NCBI GenBank assembly: GCA_019058275.1
Contig: JAHLVW010000045.1
Coordinates: forward strand, 1 to 64,000
Direction of reading: 5' to 3'
Length of the DNA: 64,000 bases
Source: Candidatus Heimdallarchaeota archaeon
GTDB taxonomy: Archaea > Asgardarchaeota > Heimdallarchaeia > JABLTI01
Below the pieces are notes generated by a model that saw only the letters and a list, made by a program, of their open reading frames with translations, ran no database searches and was not told where the DNA came from. Both the position numbers and the translations under genes were made by a program. This document shows, piece after piece, positions 17,696 to 28,218 of the stretch (the stretch's first letter is position 1; each line of letters starts with the position of its first letter).

Positions 17696-19489
17696 ATGAA
17701 ATCTGATTCATTAATTGATAAAATCGCAGAGGTTCCTTTTTTTAGAATTCCCAAAAGAACCAAATTTATGAGCAATATTAACTTCTTTTATAATAAAACA
17801 GGTAAGATGGAACTCTATAACATAGATCCGTTAACTAAGAAATATGAACAATTATCAGATGGTGAATTTACAGGAACCTGGAGAGTAAGAGGTAGAGATG
17901 GTAGTAAAAGTTACACAAGTATCGATGAGGGTGGAAATGAACACTATGCAATCTACGAATTTAATCTAAAGACAAAAGAGTTAACTCAGCTCACAAGTCC
18001 TCCAACTTTTCATGAAGGACCTCTGGATATTAGTCCAGATGGTAAGTATTTACTTTTTAATTCGAGTAGAACAGGTCAACCAAACTTGTTCAAAATGGAT
18101 TTAACAACAAAGATAATTAAACAATTGACAGATCACAAAAATCCATTCCATGGTTACGCTCTTTGGGCTTATAGTGATTGGATCTATTATCAAGCAAATG
18201 AAACTGATAATCGAAGAAATTCTGACATCTGGGGTGTGAAAGAAGATGGGAGTGATAATAGGCTTATTTACAGTTACTCAACTAATTCAAGAGAATCGAT
18301 CATTGACATATCAAATAATGGCAAATCCTTGCTTTTGAGCATAGAGGGTAATGATGCCAGACAAGTTGCGATTTTGAATGTTGAAACAAAGCAAATCCAA
18401 TTTATTAGTGACGGAACCTATGATGAACGACCTATGGAATTCAGTAATGATAGTAAGAAAGTTCTTACAATTCGTTTTAAAGAAATTAAGCGAATTCCTG
18501 TTATATATGATTTAGAAACAAAAGAAGAAAAAGTTCTAAAAATTAGAGGAACGGTTCTTTCAGCAGTCTTTTGCTTAGATGATGACTTTGTTATATATTC
18601 CCGTAGTGACCCTAAAACTCCATGGTGTCTTGCAAAGTATAATCTAACTAATGATGAAGAAGAAATTATTATTCAACCTAAATTGGATATCCAAACGGAT
18701 TTTATTGATGGAGAGTATATCAAATATCCTTCATTTGATGGTTTAGAAATACCAGCAATCATCTATAAACCGCATTTAACAATAGGTCAAAAATCTCCAG
18801 CAGTAATTCATGTTCCAGGTGGACCAGGAGGACAATTTAGTTTACTCTTTGAACCATTCTCACAAATTTTTGCTCAAAGAGGTTTTGTGGTCTTATGTCC
18901 TACTGTTCGAGGATCTATAGGATTTGGTAAAGATTACTTTGAAAAGAATATTATGGATTTGGGGGGAGGAGATGCTCAAGATGTAGTTTTCGGAAAGAAA
19001 TTTCTAGAATCCCTTAATTTTGTTGATTGTAACCGAATTGGAGTTTTTGGTGGTTCATATGGAGGTTATATGACTTACTTATTGTTAACAAAGTATGCAG
19101 ATAGTAATTGGCAAGGGGGAGCTGCTTGGATTGGAATCACTCATTGGAAAACAATGTATGACAAATCTTCCCCAAGTTACCAGCATTTCTTGGAAGGATT
19201 GATTGGAAAGTATGAAGAAAACAAAGAATTATGGGAGGATCGAAGTCCTTTAAATCATGTAAAAAACATACAAGCACCAATTTTGATGATACAAGGAGTA
19301 AATGATCCGCGTTGTCCAATTGAAGAAAGTAGACAATTCCGTGATAAGCTTTTAGAATTAGGTAAACAAGAAGGAAATGACTATGAGTATCATGAATTAG
19401 GAGTGCAAGGTCATGGCTCAAGAGAAATAATGCAGTTTAAAGATATTGTTAAAACACATTTAGCCTTCTTTGAAAAAAGATTGATGTAA
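17696..19489 (+). CDS. S9 family acylaminoacyl/prolyl oligopeptidase
   Basis: Beta-propeller N-terminus; GGSYGG nucleophile; GVNDPRC; GHG. Confidence 0.92.
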   Translation: MKSDSLIDKIAEVPFFRIPKRTKFMSNINFFYNKTGKMELYNIDPLTKKYEQLSDGEFTGTWRVRGRDGSKSYTSIDEGGNEHYAIYEFNLKTKELTQLTSPPTFHEGPLDISPDGKYLLFNSSRTGQPNLFKMDLTTKIIKQLTDHKNPFHGYALWAYSDWIYYQANETDNRRNSDIWGVKEDGSDNRLIYSYSTNSRESIIDISNNGKSLLLSIEGNDARQVAILNVETKQIQFISDGTYDERPMEFSNDSKKVLTIRFKEIKRIPVIYDLETKEEKVLKIRGTVLSAVFCLDDDFVIYSRSDPKTPWCLAKYNLTNDEEEIIIQPKLDIQTDFIDGEYIKYPSFDGLEIPAIIYKPHLTIGQKSPAVIHVPGGPGGQFSLLFEPFSQIFAQRGFVVLCPTVRGSIGFGKDYFEKNIMDLGGGDAQDVVFGKKFLESLNFVDCNRIGVFGGSYGGYMTYLLLTKYADSNWQGGAAWIGITHWKTMYDKSSPSYQHFLEGLIGKYEENKELWEDRSPLNHVKNIQAPILMIQGVNDPRCPIEESRQFRDKLLELGKQEGNDYEYHELGVQGHGSREIMQFKDIVKTHLAFFEKRLM

Positions 19490-19810
19490 TGTGAGTAAAT
19501 TACCAAAAAAACAGTATTACTTATTCTGAATCTTATTAGATACTTTGTATAAAAATTTTAAGCTGATACGTTATTGAATAGTTACCTAAAGCAGTTCCAG
19601 TGGTGTAATAATCTCTTATCATAAAATTAAGATTATCTGATATAAAAACATAAAACAGCAATTTAGTTTTTTCTATTATTGGTAAAAAAAGTTGTTCTTT
19701 TGTTAATTCAAGGATTTCCATAAACATGATCTATAAGATTGTATTTCTCATCTCCATCAACAATAGTTTTTTGATCAAAACAATCATCAGCTAATCAAAT
19801 ATCAATACAT

Positions 19811-20455
19811 ATGAAAAATTTTTTATATGAATTTTTTTTCATATATATTGAGGTTTCAATAATGACAATAAAAGAAACTGCAAAAGGAAATTGCCCTTCA
19901 AAATTGGCAGGTATCAGTTCTAAGAATTTTTTAGCTAAACAATTAGAGGAAACAGCACAAATTCTTGATTGGGCAATGAAATTAGTACCAGAAGAACGGC
20001 TATTAGAAATCCCACCTCATAGTTCTCATTCTAAAGCGTCCGATGATGTAAAAAGATATTTCGGATCTTGGTCTGCTTATCGTATCTTTTTTCATCTGAT
20101 TCATTATGAGGAAAATGCTGCATTACCAAATATGTTATTATGGTTAGATAAATCACAACATATAGAACGAAAATGCGGTGGAGAAACTAAAGCCTATCAA
20201 GAAGCTTTAGAAAAAAGAATTGATTTGGAAACATTACTTGATAGGTTTCATAAAGTACGAAAAAAACAAATTGATGTTATAAACAATATTCCAGATAAAC
20301 TATGGATAGAAAAAAAACCAAATACAAATTGGGGAAATGTAACTGTTGAATTCATTGTTACTAAATCTATTCAACATACATTAGAACATGGTAATAAGAT
20401 CTTACGTAACGTCTTATTTTGGGATAGTCATTTAAGACAGTTAGATAGTAAGTAA
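19811..20455 (+). CDS. DinB-like family protein (start probably 19862)
   Basis: WSAYRIFFHL and HTLEH metal-binding His pattern. Confidence 0.75.
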   Translation: MKNFLYEFFFIYIEVSIMTIKETAKGNCPSKLAGISSKNFLAKQLEETAQILDWAMKLVPEERLLEIPPHSSHSKASDDVKRYFGSWSAYRIFFHLIHYEENAALPNMLLWLDKSQHIERKCGGETKAYQEALEKRIDLETLLDRFHKVRKKQIDVINNIPDKLWIEKKPNTNWGNVTVEFIVTKSIQHTLEHGNKILRNVLFWDSHLRQLDSK

Positions 20456-20660
20456 TTTCCTACTAGTTTTTTTTCTATAATTTTTCTTTATTTTCTTTAA
20501 CAAAATTAGTCACAAAGGATCAAAATGTATTCAATAGTGAAGAATTTTGTAGGTAAGAATTGTATCAAACCCACACTTTTCCCTATATTTGAAATAGCTT
20601 GGATAAAAATTTTAAACTGATATGTGATTGAAACTAGCTATTCATTTAAGGTGCTAAATT

Positions 20661-22184
20661 ATGACATATACTATAACTGGATCAGGATTAACAATTGAAA
20701 ATATTGTTAAAGTCGCTCGTCATTACGAGAAAGTCGAATTGCATCCAGATGCAATTGAACGTATGAAAAAATGTCGAGCTATGCTCGAGGAAAAAATTGA
20801 AGCAAAAGAAATTATGTATGGAGTAAATACAGGGATTGGGGAATTTTCTGAAGTTGTCCTCACTGATGAGCAAGTAGGTCAGTTTCAAAAATATTTAATT
20901 TACAATCATGCTGCTGGTATTGGTAAAGCTGCACCAATCGAACATGTCAGAGCTGCAATACTAAGCAGAATTAATGTCCTAGCACATGGAAATTCAGGTA
21001 ACAGACCAATAATCGCTGAGACTATGGTTGAAATGTTAAATAAAGGAGTAACTCCTGAGGTTTGCGAAAAAGGATCTGTTGGTGCATCAGGTGATTTATG
21101 TTCTATGTCTCAAATAGCATTGTTGCTAATGGGAGAAGGACGAGCATACTATAAAGGTAAATTACTCCCCGGAAAAGAAGTCATGGAAAAAGCAGGTATT
21201 AAACTTCCGGGATTACTAGCTAGAGATGGTTTAGCTGCTATTAATGGTTCTAATTTTCTAACAGCAATGAGTGCTCTCTGGCTTTACGATGCTATGCAAT
21301 TTATGAAGCATGCTGAGATTGCATGTGCTATGTCTATTGAAGCATTAATGGGAAATATGAAACCTTATACACCAATGCTACATGAAATACGTGGTTTTCC
21401 AGGAGCAGTTAGAGTTTCAAAATCATTATCAAAGTTATTCAAAGGCGGAGATTTATATGAAGCACGATTAAAAGTTAAAGTGCAAGATGCTTATTCAATG
21501 CGCTCCGCTCCTCAAGTGTTAGGTGCTGCTCATGACGCTTTAGCTTGGGCTCGATCACAAGTGGAAATCGAATTAAATGGTGTGGGTGATAATCCAGTTT
21601 TCTTCCCTGATAAAAACCTTCAATTAACAGGTGCTAATTTCCAAGGTACTCCCGTTTGTCTACCTATGGATATGACGGGAGCAGCAATCACCATGGTTTG
21701 TGTGATGTCTGAACGTCGTATGAACAGATTAAATCATCCAGCTCTAAGTGTTGGTTTACCACCATTCTTAACAAAAGGTGCTGGTTTGATGTCTGGTTTA
21801 ATGTTAAGCCAATATACTGCTGGCATGCAAATCGTTGAAATGCGAATTCTTTCCATGCCTGCTAGCATTCAATCAATTCCTGCTGCTGCAGATCAAGAGG
21901 ATTTTGTTTCAATGGGTATGAACACTGCTTTGAAAAACAATCAAATTCTAGACAATGCATATGGTGTTCTTGGCATTGAGTTTATGGCTGCTGCACAAGC
22001 ATTAGATTTCAGAGAATTCAAATTTGGAAAAGGTGTAACCAAAGCCAAAGAAGTAATTCGTAAATATGTTGATTTCCTTGATGAAGATCGACCATTATTC
22101 GATGATCATAATGCTATGAAAGCATTAGTCAAATCATGTGAAATTCTTGAAGAAGCCGAAAAAGAAATCGGAAGCTTAGATTAG
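20661..22184 (+). CDS. MIO-dependent aromatic amino acid (histidine) ammonia-lyase
   Basis: YGVNTGIG, GSVGASGDL, VQDAYSMR, QEDFVSMG. Confidence 0.9.
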   Translation: MTYTITGSGLTIENIVKVARHYEKVELHPDAIERMKKCRAMLEEKIEAKEIMYGVNTGIGEFSEVVLTDEQVGQFQKYLIYNHAAGIGKAAPIEHVRAAILSRINVLAHGNSGNRPIIAETMVEMLNKGVTPEVCEKGSVGASGDLCSMSQIALLLMGEGRAYYKGKLLPGKEVMEKAGIKLPGLLARDGLAAINGSNFLTAMSALWLYDAMQFMKHAEIACAMSIEALMGNMKPYTPMLHEIRGFPGAVRVSKSLSKLFKGGDLYEARLKVKVQDAYSMRSAPQVLGAAHDALAWARSQVEIELNGVGDNPVFFPDKNLQLTGANFQGTPVCLPMDMTGAAITMVCVMSERRMNRLNHPALSVGLPPFLTKGAGLMSGLMLSQYTAGMQIVEMRILSMPASIQSIPAAADQEDFVSMGMNTALKNNQILDNAYGVLGIEFMAAAQALDFREFKFGKGVTKAKEVIRKYVDFLDEDRPLFDDHNAMKALVKSCEILEEAEKEIGSLD

Positions 22185-22423
22185 GAATATATTCCTAGTC
22201 TTTATTTTTTCTTTTTATCTTGTATTTTACAGAAAATATTATATAATAATCACCTAGATTTTTTGTTGGTGAAAATTTAATGTGGGATAATGTTCACTAA
22301 AACAAAAATAGGAATACAACTATTCTATACTAAGTTTAATCCCACTTCAACAGTAATTCTTTTGGATAAGATAATTAAAGATAATCAAGTGCAAATGAAT
22401 TACATACAATCTGAAATTTTGAG

Positions 22424-23932
22424 GTGTTTCAATTGACAAATGAAGAAGGAAAAAAAGTGACTATTGGTAGAGCTGCTGGTTTTAGAGACTACTATCCAGA
22501 GGAATTCAACAAAGTGAATTTCGTTTTACAAACAATGAGACGTGTTTCTCGAGAATTTGGCTATGTTGAATATGAAACTCCAGCAGTAGAGCTGCTTAAA
22601 TTATATGAAATAAAATCTGGCGATGCACTTGTAGGTGAAACCTTCAAAATTCAAAGTAGAAGTGGTCAGAAATTAGTTCTTATACCTGAACTAACACCAA
22701 GCCTTACTCGAATACTCGCAGAGCGACAACAGAACTACACTAAACCAATTCGGTGGTTTTCAATACCAAGATGCTATCGTGACGAAACCTTACAAAGAGG
22801 TAGGGTTAAGGAGTTTTGGCAATATAATTGTGATATTCTTGGAATGGATGATATTTATGCAGATGCTGAAATAATTACTATGCTTATAAAAATCATTGTT
22901 GAATGTGGTTTAACGAAAAATCAATTTGTAGTTCGTATAAATGATCGCAGTTTCATGCAACGATATATGGAATCCATAGGAGTAACAAACTTTCAATCAG
23001 TTATTCGTGTTTTTGATAAAAAAGATAAGCTATTGCAAGAACTAATTCAAAAAGAGCTAAAAGTTAAATTTTCAGGTGAGGAAGCTATGGATATAGCCCT
23101 TAAGATTAGACAAGTGAAGAAACTTGATGATAGTATTTTTGAGATAATTCCTCAAAATCAAGCAACTAAAAAGATAATAGCAAATTATCAATCTCTACGT
23201 AAAGAATCGTTTAAGGTTGCATTACTTCCTCTAAAGGTGAAGGAAGACCAAATAGAACTTCTTTATGAGCTATCTGAGTTAAAAAACACACCAAGTAATT
23301 TCCTAAGTAGCGCTGAAAAATTGTATCAAGGCGATGAACTTGATGCCATGTTGAAGAATCTTAGAGAACTTACAAAACTAATGGAAAGTTTCGGTGTTAT
23401 TGATTATGTTCTCTATGATGGAAGCTTAGCACGTGGTTTGGATTACTATACTGGAATAATTTACGAAGCTTGGAGTCGAGAAGGTGTGCTACCAAGAGCA
23501 ATAGCTGGCGGAGGTCGATATGCAGATTTAGTTGCTATTTTTGGTGGTCAGCCATTAACAGGAACAGGTTTTGGTTTCGGGGAAACAGTTCTAATGGAAC
23601 TTATGGATGAATTTGGTGTTGAATATCCAGAAGTGAATGCATGTGATGTCTACATTGCAACAATCCAACTTGAGGACTATTCCAAGGTAATAGAAATATC
23701 AGATAAGCTACGAGAAAAAGGATTGAAAACTATACTTAATCCATTCAAATGGAAAATAAAGAGACACTTTGAAAATGCTGAGAAACAAGGTGTAAAGTGG
23801 ATGTTGCTGATAGGAAAGAAGGACTTAGCAAATGAAGCAGTAACTCTAAGAAATATAATTACTGGAGAACAAGAAGCGATTCCAATCAAAAAAGTAGTTT
23901 CCACCCTTCTAAAACGTATGAGCAAGAAATAA
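22424..23932 (+). CDS. hisS: Histidyl-tRNA synthetase
   Basis: GFRDYYP, PELTPS, RGLDYYTG, AGGGRY, C-terminal anticodon-binding domain. Confidence 0.95.
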   Translation: MFQLTNEEGKKVTIGRAAGFRDYYPEEFNKVNFVLQTMRRVSREFGYVEYETPAVELLKLYEIKSGDALVGETFKIQSRSGQKLVLIPELTPSLTRILAERQQNYTKPIRWFSIPRCYRDETLQRGRVKEFWQYNCDILGMDDIYADAEIITMLIKIIVECGLTKNQFVVRINDRSFMQRYMESIGVTNFQSVIRVFDKKDKLLQELIQKELKVKFSGEEAMDIALKIRQVKKLDDSIFEIIPQNQATKKIIANYQSLRKESFKVALLPLKVKEDQIELLYELSELKNTPSNFLSSAEKLYQGDELDAMLKNLRELTKLMESFGVIDYVLYDGSLARGLDYYTGIIYEAWSREGVLPRAIAGGGRYADLVAIFGGQPLTGTGFGFGETVLMELMDEFGVEYPEVNACDVYIATIQLEDYSKVIEISDKLREKGLKTILNPFKWKIKRHFENAEKQGVKWMLLIGKKDLANEAVTLRNIITGEQEAIPIKKVVSTLLKRMSKK

Positions 23933-24001
23933 TAGTTTAGGGTAACTCTCTAATCTATCACCTTTTATTTAAAAGATTAATTAGAGAGATAATACGATTT
24001 A

Positions 24002-24400
24002 ATGTTACCAAGATTATTAAACAAAGTTGTAGATGCTTCTTACTACAAACTATGCGGTGAAAAAATGGTTAATTTACGAACTGAAAATATCCGATGTATA
24101 CTTTGCAATAAACAGCTAAGCTTATTCTTGAATAGTAATAATGAACTATTCATCTGCTCAGTATGTCAAGCCTATTTTTGCCCTGAATGTTTGGATGCAA
24201 TTAAGAACTACCAGCTTTGTCCAGCTGCAAGATTATTAGGAGCCAATGAACACGAGCTAAAATTCCTAAAAATGCTTCCATCAAGACCTTTGGAAACGAG
24301 AAGACAAATTGTTCAAAATAATCAGAGTGAAACTGTAAAGATTCTACCTAAGAAAACAGTTAGGATTTTGGACACGAAAAAGAAAACAGACAAAAAGTAA
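24002..24400 (+). CDS. RING-like Zn-finger protein, paralog of 11524..12009 (start probably 24065)
   Basis: CILC…CSVC-x4-CPEC…CP…G…HEL. Confidence 0.65.
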   Translation: MLPRLLNKVVDASYYKLCGEKMVNLRTENIRCILCNKQLSLFLNSNNELFICSVCQAYFCPECLDAIKNYQLCPAARLLGANEHELKFLKMLPSRPLETRRQIVQNNQSETVKILPKKTVRILDTKKKTDKK

Positions 24401-24426
24401 AGGAATGGTAACAGAGGAACAGGAAA

Positions 24427-26154
24427 GTGCGGATAAATCCTTTTATTTCTACAGAAGTCGGAGATATTCCATTAAAGAATCATAATGCAATAAAAACAAA
24501 AGAAAAATTACGTTTGGTTATTACACCTCAAGATCTAGACGATGAAAAATCAAGCGTAGCCTCTGTAGAAGTTCTTAATCCTTTACAGAGAAGAGTTGTT
24601 ATTAGTAAATTACCAGAAATGGATCTTTCTAAGCTAGTATATTTTGATGTAGTTATTCCTGATAATTGGATAAATGGTAACTACACTGCGAATGTTTTAG
24701 ATATAAGTAATCGAGTGGTTTGCAAATGCTACTTCACTCTTTTTGTTAATGATTCTTTACAGACATATATTACTGAAAGAACACTAACTCCTAAATGGAG
24801 AATACACTATCGACTGAAAGTTAAGAATCCAACTACGAAACCAATTGGGAATTTCTCTGCTTTTGTAGCACTACCAATTACAATTGCCCCACAACAGATA
24901 ACAAAAGAGTTAGTTATACAACCCGAAAACCAGAAAATATCTACAGATGTAGAAGGAAACAAATGGACCCACTTTGAGTTTAAAGCAATCAATCCACTAG
25001 TAGAAAAAGAAATGGGATTCTCAGCTCTTGTCGAATGTCGACCACTTGTATTCTCAAAAGAAAGTACTAAGAATTATAAAACAAATCCTTACAGTAAGAA
25101 ATTTCTGAAAAAATACTTGGATCCTGAACCACACATAGAAAGTGATCATCCAAAAATAAGAGAGCTTGCAGCAAAAATCTCGAACAAAGATCCAATAGCT
25201 TTTGCGAAGAAAGCAGCAAACATTGTTAATAGAACTATAAAATACCAAATACAACCAGGAGAATATGGAGCGGCTTTTGCTGTAGAAAAAGGAGTTGGGG
25301 ATTGCACAGAGTTTGCTGCACTGTTTGTAGCCCTTTGCAGAGCAGAAGGAATTCCAGCGCGAACGAATGGAGGATTCACATTAGCACAGCAATGGGAAAG
25401 GCATGCTACAGCTGAATTTCTTGTCAGTGGTAGATGGATACCTATAGATGTTACAGGGCATAGTGGAAGTGACTTATTCATAGGTATTTTGCCAACAAAT
25501 ATTATTATTACAAGAGGTAATTGGATGGGTGGCACATTAGCTAAGGAAGTCTCATATAGATATCAGATTATTGAGCAAACACAAAAACTGGATGTAAACA
25601 TAGAATGGAAAATTAATTTCGAATATGGTACTGCGGTTAAGAGAACACACAAAAAATCAACACCAGATGTTAAAACAATTAAAATTCTTGAACCAAAAAT
25701 TTCTGAAACTTCGAAAATAAAAATCCTAAATGAAGAATCAATTGAGAAGAGATTAACGAGTGATAAACAAGACAGAATATCCCTACAAAAAGAAACTATT
25801 AGGTTAAAGAAGTCTGACATTATAAAAATACAAAACAAGGGAACAAGCAAAGCAATAACTATCGATATAACATTTCCAGATGTAGTTAAAGCTGGTCACA
25901 TACAAAATCAGCCTGTTACAATTCGGAATAAGACTGAATCAGTTCAAACAGGGAGTTTCGAGATTAGGTTATTGGAAAATGGTATAGTCAAATTACTATC
26001 CATTAAAGGTGTAAAAATACCTTCTAATAGTTCTCTCAAGTTTAAACCAAATATCATTATTGATAAAACTGGTTCACACATACTGGAATTTGTACTATTG
26101 AATAGAATAGGTAGAACTTTGGTAAAAGTAGAGAAAACTGTCAGTGTATACTAA
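24427..26154 (+). CDS. Transglutaminase-like protein with flanking Ig-like domains
   Basis: GDCTEFAALFVALCRAEGIPAR, HATAEF and WIPID give a Cys-His-Asp triad. Confidence 0.88.
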   Translation: MRINPFISTEVGDIPLKNHNAIKTKEKLRLVITPQDLDDEKSSVASVEVLNPLQRRVVISKLPEMDLSKLVYFDVVIPDNWINGNYTANVLDISNRVVCKCYFTLFVNDSLQTYITERTLTPKWRIHYRLKVKNPTTKPIGNFSAFVALPITIAPQQITKELVIQPENQKISTDVEGNKWTHFEFKAINPLVEKEMGFSALVECRPLVFSKESTKNYKTNPYSKKFLKKYLDPEPHIESDHPKIRELAAKISNKDPIAFAKKAANIVNRTIKYQIQPGEYGAAFAVEKGVGDCTEFAALFVALCRAEGIPARTNGGFTLAQQWERHATAEFLVSGRWIPIDVTGHSGSDLFIGILPTNIIITRGNWMGGTLAKEVSYRYQIIEQTQKLDVNIEWKINFEYGTAVKRTHKKSTPDVKTIKILEPKISETSKIKILNEESIEKRLTSDKQDRISLQKETIRLKKSDIIKIQNKGTSKAITIDITFPDVVKAGHIQNQPVTIRNKTESVQTGSFEIRLLENGIVKLLSIKGVKIPSNSSLKFKPNIIIDKTGSHILEFVLLNRIGRTLVKVEKTVSVY

Positions 26155-26297
26155 AGAAGCATTTATTTTAGTAGGTAGCACAATTATTTTAATGAAAGTT
26201 ATTAACAAAACTGTCAATCAATACATATCAAAAAAGTATTTGAATTTAATAGAATTAATTCATTTAGTTAAAATAAAAAGATGTTAAATGTGGATGA

Positions 26298-26483
26298 ATG
26301 ATACATATGCTTTTCGTAGTTAGCGCACCCATAATAGGGATAATCTTTGGGGTTCTTGCAACGTTAGTAGTTTGGGTTGCTAAGTGGGAATTAAGCCCTG
26401 TCATGGGTATCGTTGGTGGTGCTGGATTTCTAGCTGGTTTTCTCATATCATTAATTCAATTTTGGTATTTTATTCCAACGTAG
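26298..26483 (+). CDS. Hydrophobic N-terminal fragment, probably part of the downstream gene
   Basis: Two TM helices; the hydrophobic reading continues past the TAG. Confidence 0.4.
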   Translation: MIHMLFVVSAPIIGIIFGVLATLVVWVAKWELSPVMGIVGGAGFLAGFLISLIQFWYFIPT

Positions 26484-26508
26484 GGAACGATAGTACTAGT
26501 TAGGACTA

Positions 26509-28161
26509 TTGCTTCCTAGTATTCGTGTCATAGCAATTTTACGATTATTTTCCAGTAACTTTGGTCGCTTAGGACGTTCTCCCGAGAAGATAGTTGTTCT
26601 TATTTTAGGTGCTCTCTTACTCTGCGGACCTATTTACTTTAGTCTAAGTTCAATGATTTGGAGAGGATATGATCAAGCTAAATATTTCGATTCGATCATT
26701 GAGTTTCCAGATGACAAAATGCCTTTTAACACTATAATTGATGGTGAAAACTTACGAGTAGTTGATAGTGATTTAGCAGAAAAGTTGATCTTACAATCAT
26801 CGCCTTTTGGTAGTAATACTTTGATTCAAGAGCTCCATGTTGGCAAAGTAAATGGTACATTAATGTGGATAGGAGTGATAGGAACGGATTCTATAATGAT
26901 TGGCAGTGATAATCTTGACCGGAAGCGGAATTCCATTTTCGGATTTGCAGGTGTAGATTTAACTGATCCTTCACAACCAGTTGTTGAAATACGTCAATCT
27001 TTCAAAATAGGTCATTATCTTACAAGGCAAAAAATGCTTAATCGAATAATTTGGAAACTTAATCCTAACTATCGAGCTGGAATGAACAGCTACTTCTCCA
27101 TGAATGACGAAGGACAAATGCGCTTACTTGTTCCTTATTCAATTTCCAATAGCTGGCGAATAGAGAAAACAAGCAATTTAGCAATGATGACATATTTAGA
27201 AAGATTAGGTGGCGTTCTTGAGTTTGATTCTGAAGGCAATTTGATAAAGGATTATACTGAACTTACAACCTTGCCTGATTATGCTCGAATACAATGCTAT
27301 TCTGAGGATTGGTTAGAGTATAATATAAACAAATGGGGAAGACATAGAAAAGGTGATCATGAATTTGCTTACTGGTTTACAACGACAGAACAACTTGGTA
27401 TCTCTTCGTATGATGATGTGCGAGTAATCTATGATGCTAATACTGGAGAAACATCTCAGTATGTTATGCTTACTCAACCAGAATCTGAGAGTGAATTATT
27501 ACGAGGAGCTATTAAAGCAAATGCTACAGGAATTTACTTCTTTGATTGGGCAGATCTAACACCAAAACCTAAAGACACACTAAATGCTATTAACCACTGT
27601 GGTTCTGCTCTTGATAAATTACTGACTACTGCTCATGAGTACATACCAATTTTACCACTATTATTCCCTATTATGGACGCTTATGGAAGTATGAGAGATT
27701 ACGCATACATAGTTCCTATCCAATATGAACGACAAAGTTTTGGTGGAATAGCAATAACGAATCCGTATGATCCAACGAATACCTATACCTGGGTTGAGCT
27801 AGCTGAGACGTATGATACTGTAGATTCAGTGTTAGAACGGGCTATTGAGAACTATTTAGTGATGTTAGGAGAAGAAGATCCTACGATAGTCGATTACACA
27901 GAAACATTAGTTATTAATGAAGTTACATCATTCGAAAAAGATGGAAATACAATATTTGTAGCAAATGGGAACTTAACATACATACCGGATAATGAAACAG
28001 ATCCAATAAGCGAAAATAACACAGTTTGGTTTACTCAAGACTTCCTGAATTTAACTCAATGGCAGCAAGTAATTTTCTTAGAACCAGGTGATGTAGTACT
28101 GCTAGATGTGGTTTACATTAACGAACTATTCTACTGTAAAGTAATCTATTCAGTAAACTAG
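26509..28161 (+). CDS. Membrane-anchored extracellular hypothetical protein
   Basis: 550 aa ORF with an N-terminal TM helix and an acidic, beta-rich body. Confidence 0.7.
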   Translation: MLPSIRVIAILRLFSSNFGRLGRSPEKIVVLILGALLLCGPIYFSLSSMIWRGYDQAKYFDSIIEFPDDKMPFNTIIDGENLRVVDSDLAEKLILQSSPFGSNTLIQELHVGKVNGTLMWIGVIGTDSIMIGSDNLDRKRNSIFGFAGVDLTDPSQPVVEIRQSFKIGHYLTRQKMLNRIIWKLNPNYRAGMNSYFSMNDEGQMRLLVPYSISNSWRIEKTSNLAMMTYLERLGGVLEFDSEGNLIKDYTELTTLPDYARIQCYSEDWLEYNINKWGRHRKGDHEFAYWFTTTEQLGISSYDDVRVIYDANTGETSQYVMLTQPESESELLRGAIKANATGIYFFDWADLTPKPKDTLNAINHCGSALDKLLTTAHEYIPILPLLFPIMDAYGSMRDYAYIVPIQYERQSFGGIAITNPYDPTNTYTWVELAETYDTVDSVLERAIENYLVMLGEEDPTIVDYTETLVINEVTSFEKDGNTIFVANGNLTYIPDNETDPISENNTVWFTQDFLNLTQWQQVIFLEPGDVVLLDVVYINELFYCKVIYSVN

Positions 28162-28218
28162 AAAAGAACAGCTTTCCTAATTGGAAAGCTCATTTTCTCA
28201 TTTTTTTGAGTATAGCAA

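Noticed and set aside
19536-19727. 63 aa intergenic ORF
   Set aside because: No motif or RBS; plausible chance ORF in AT-rich DNA.
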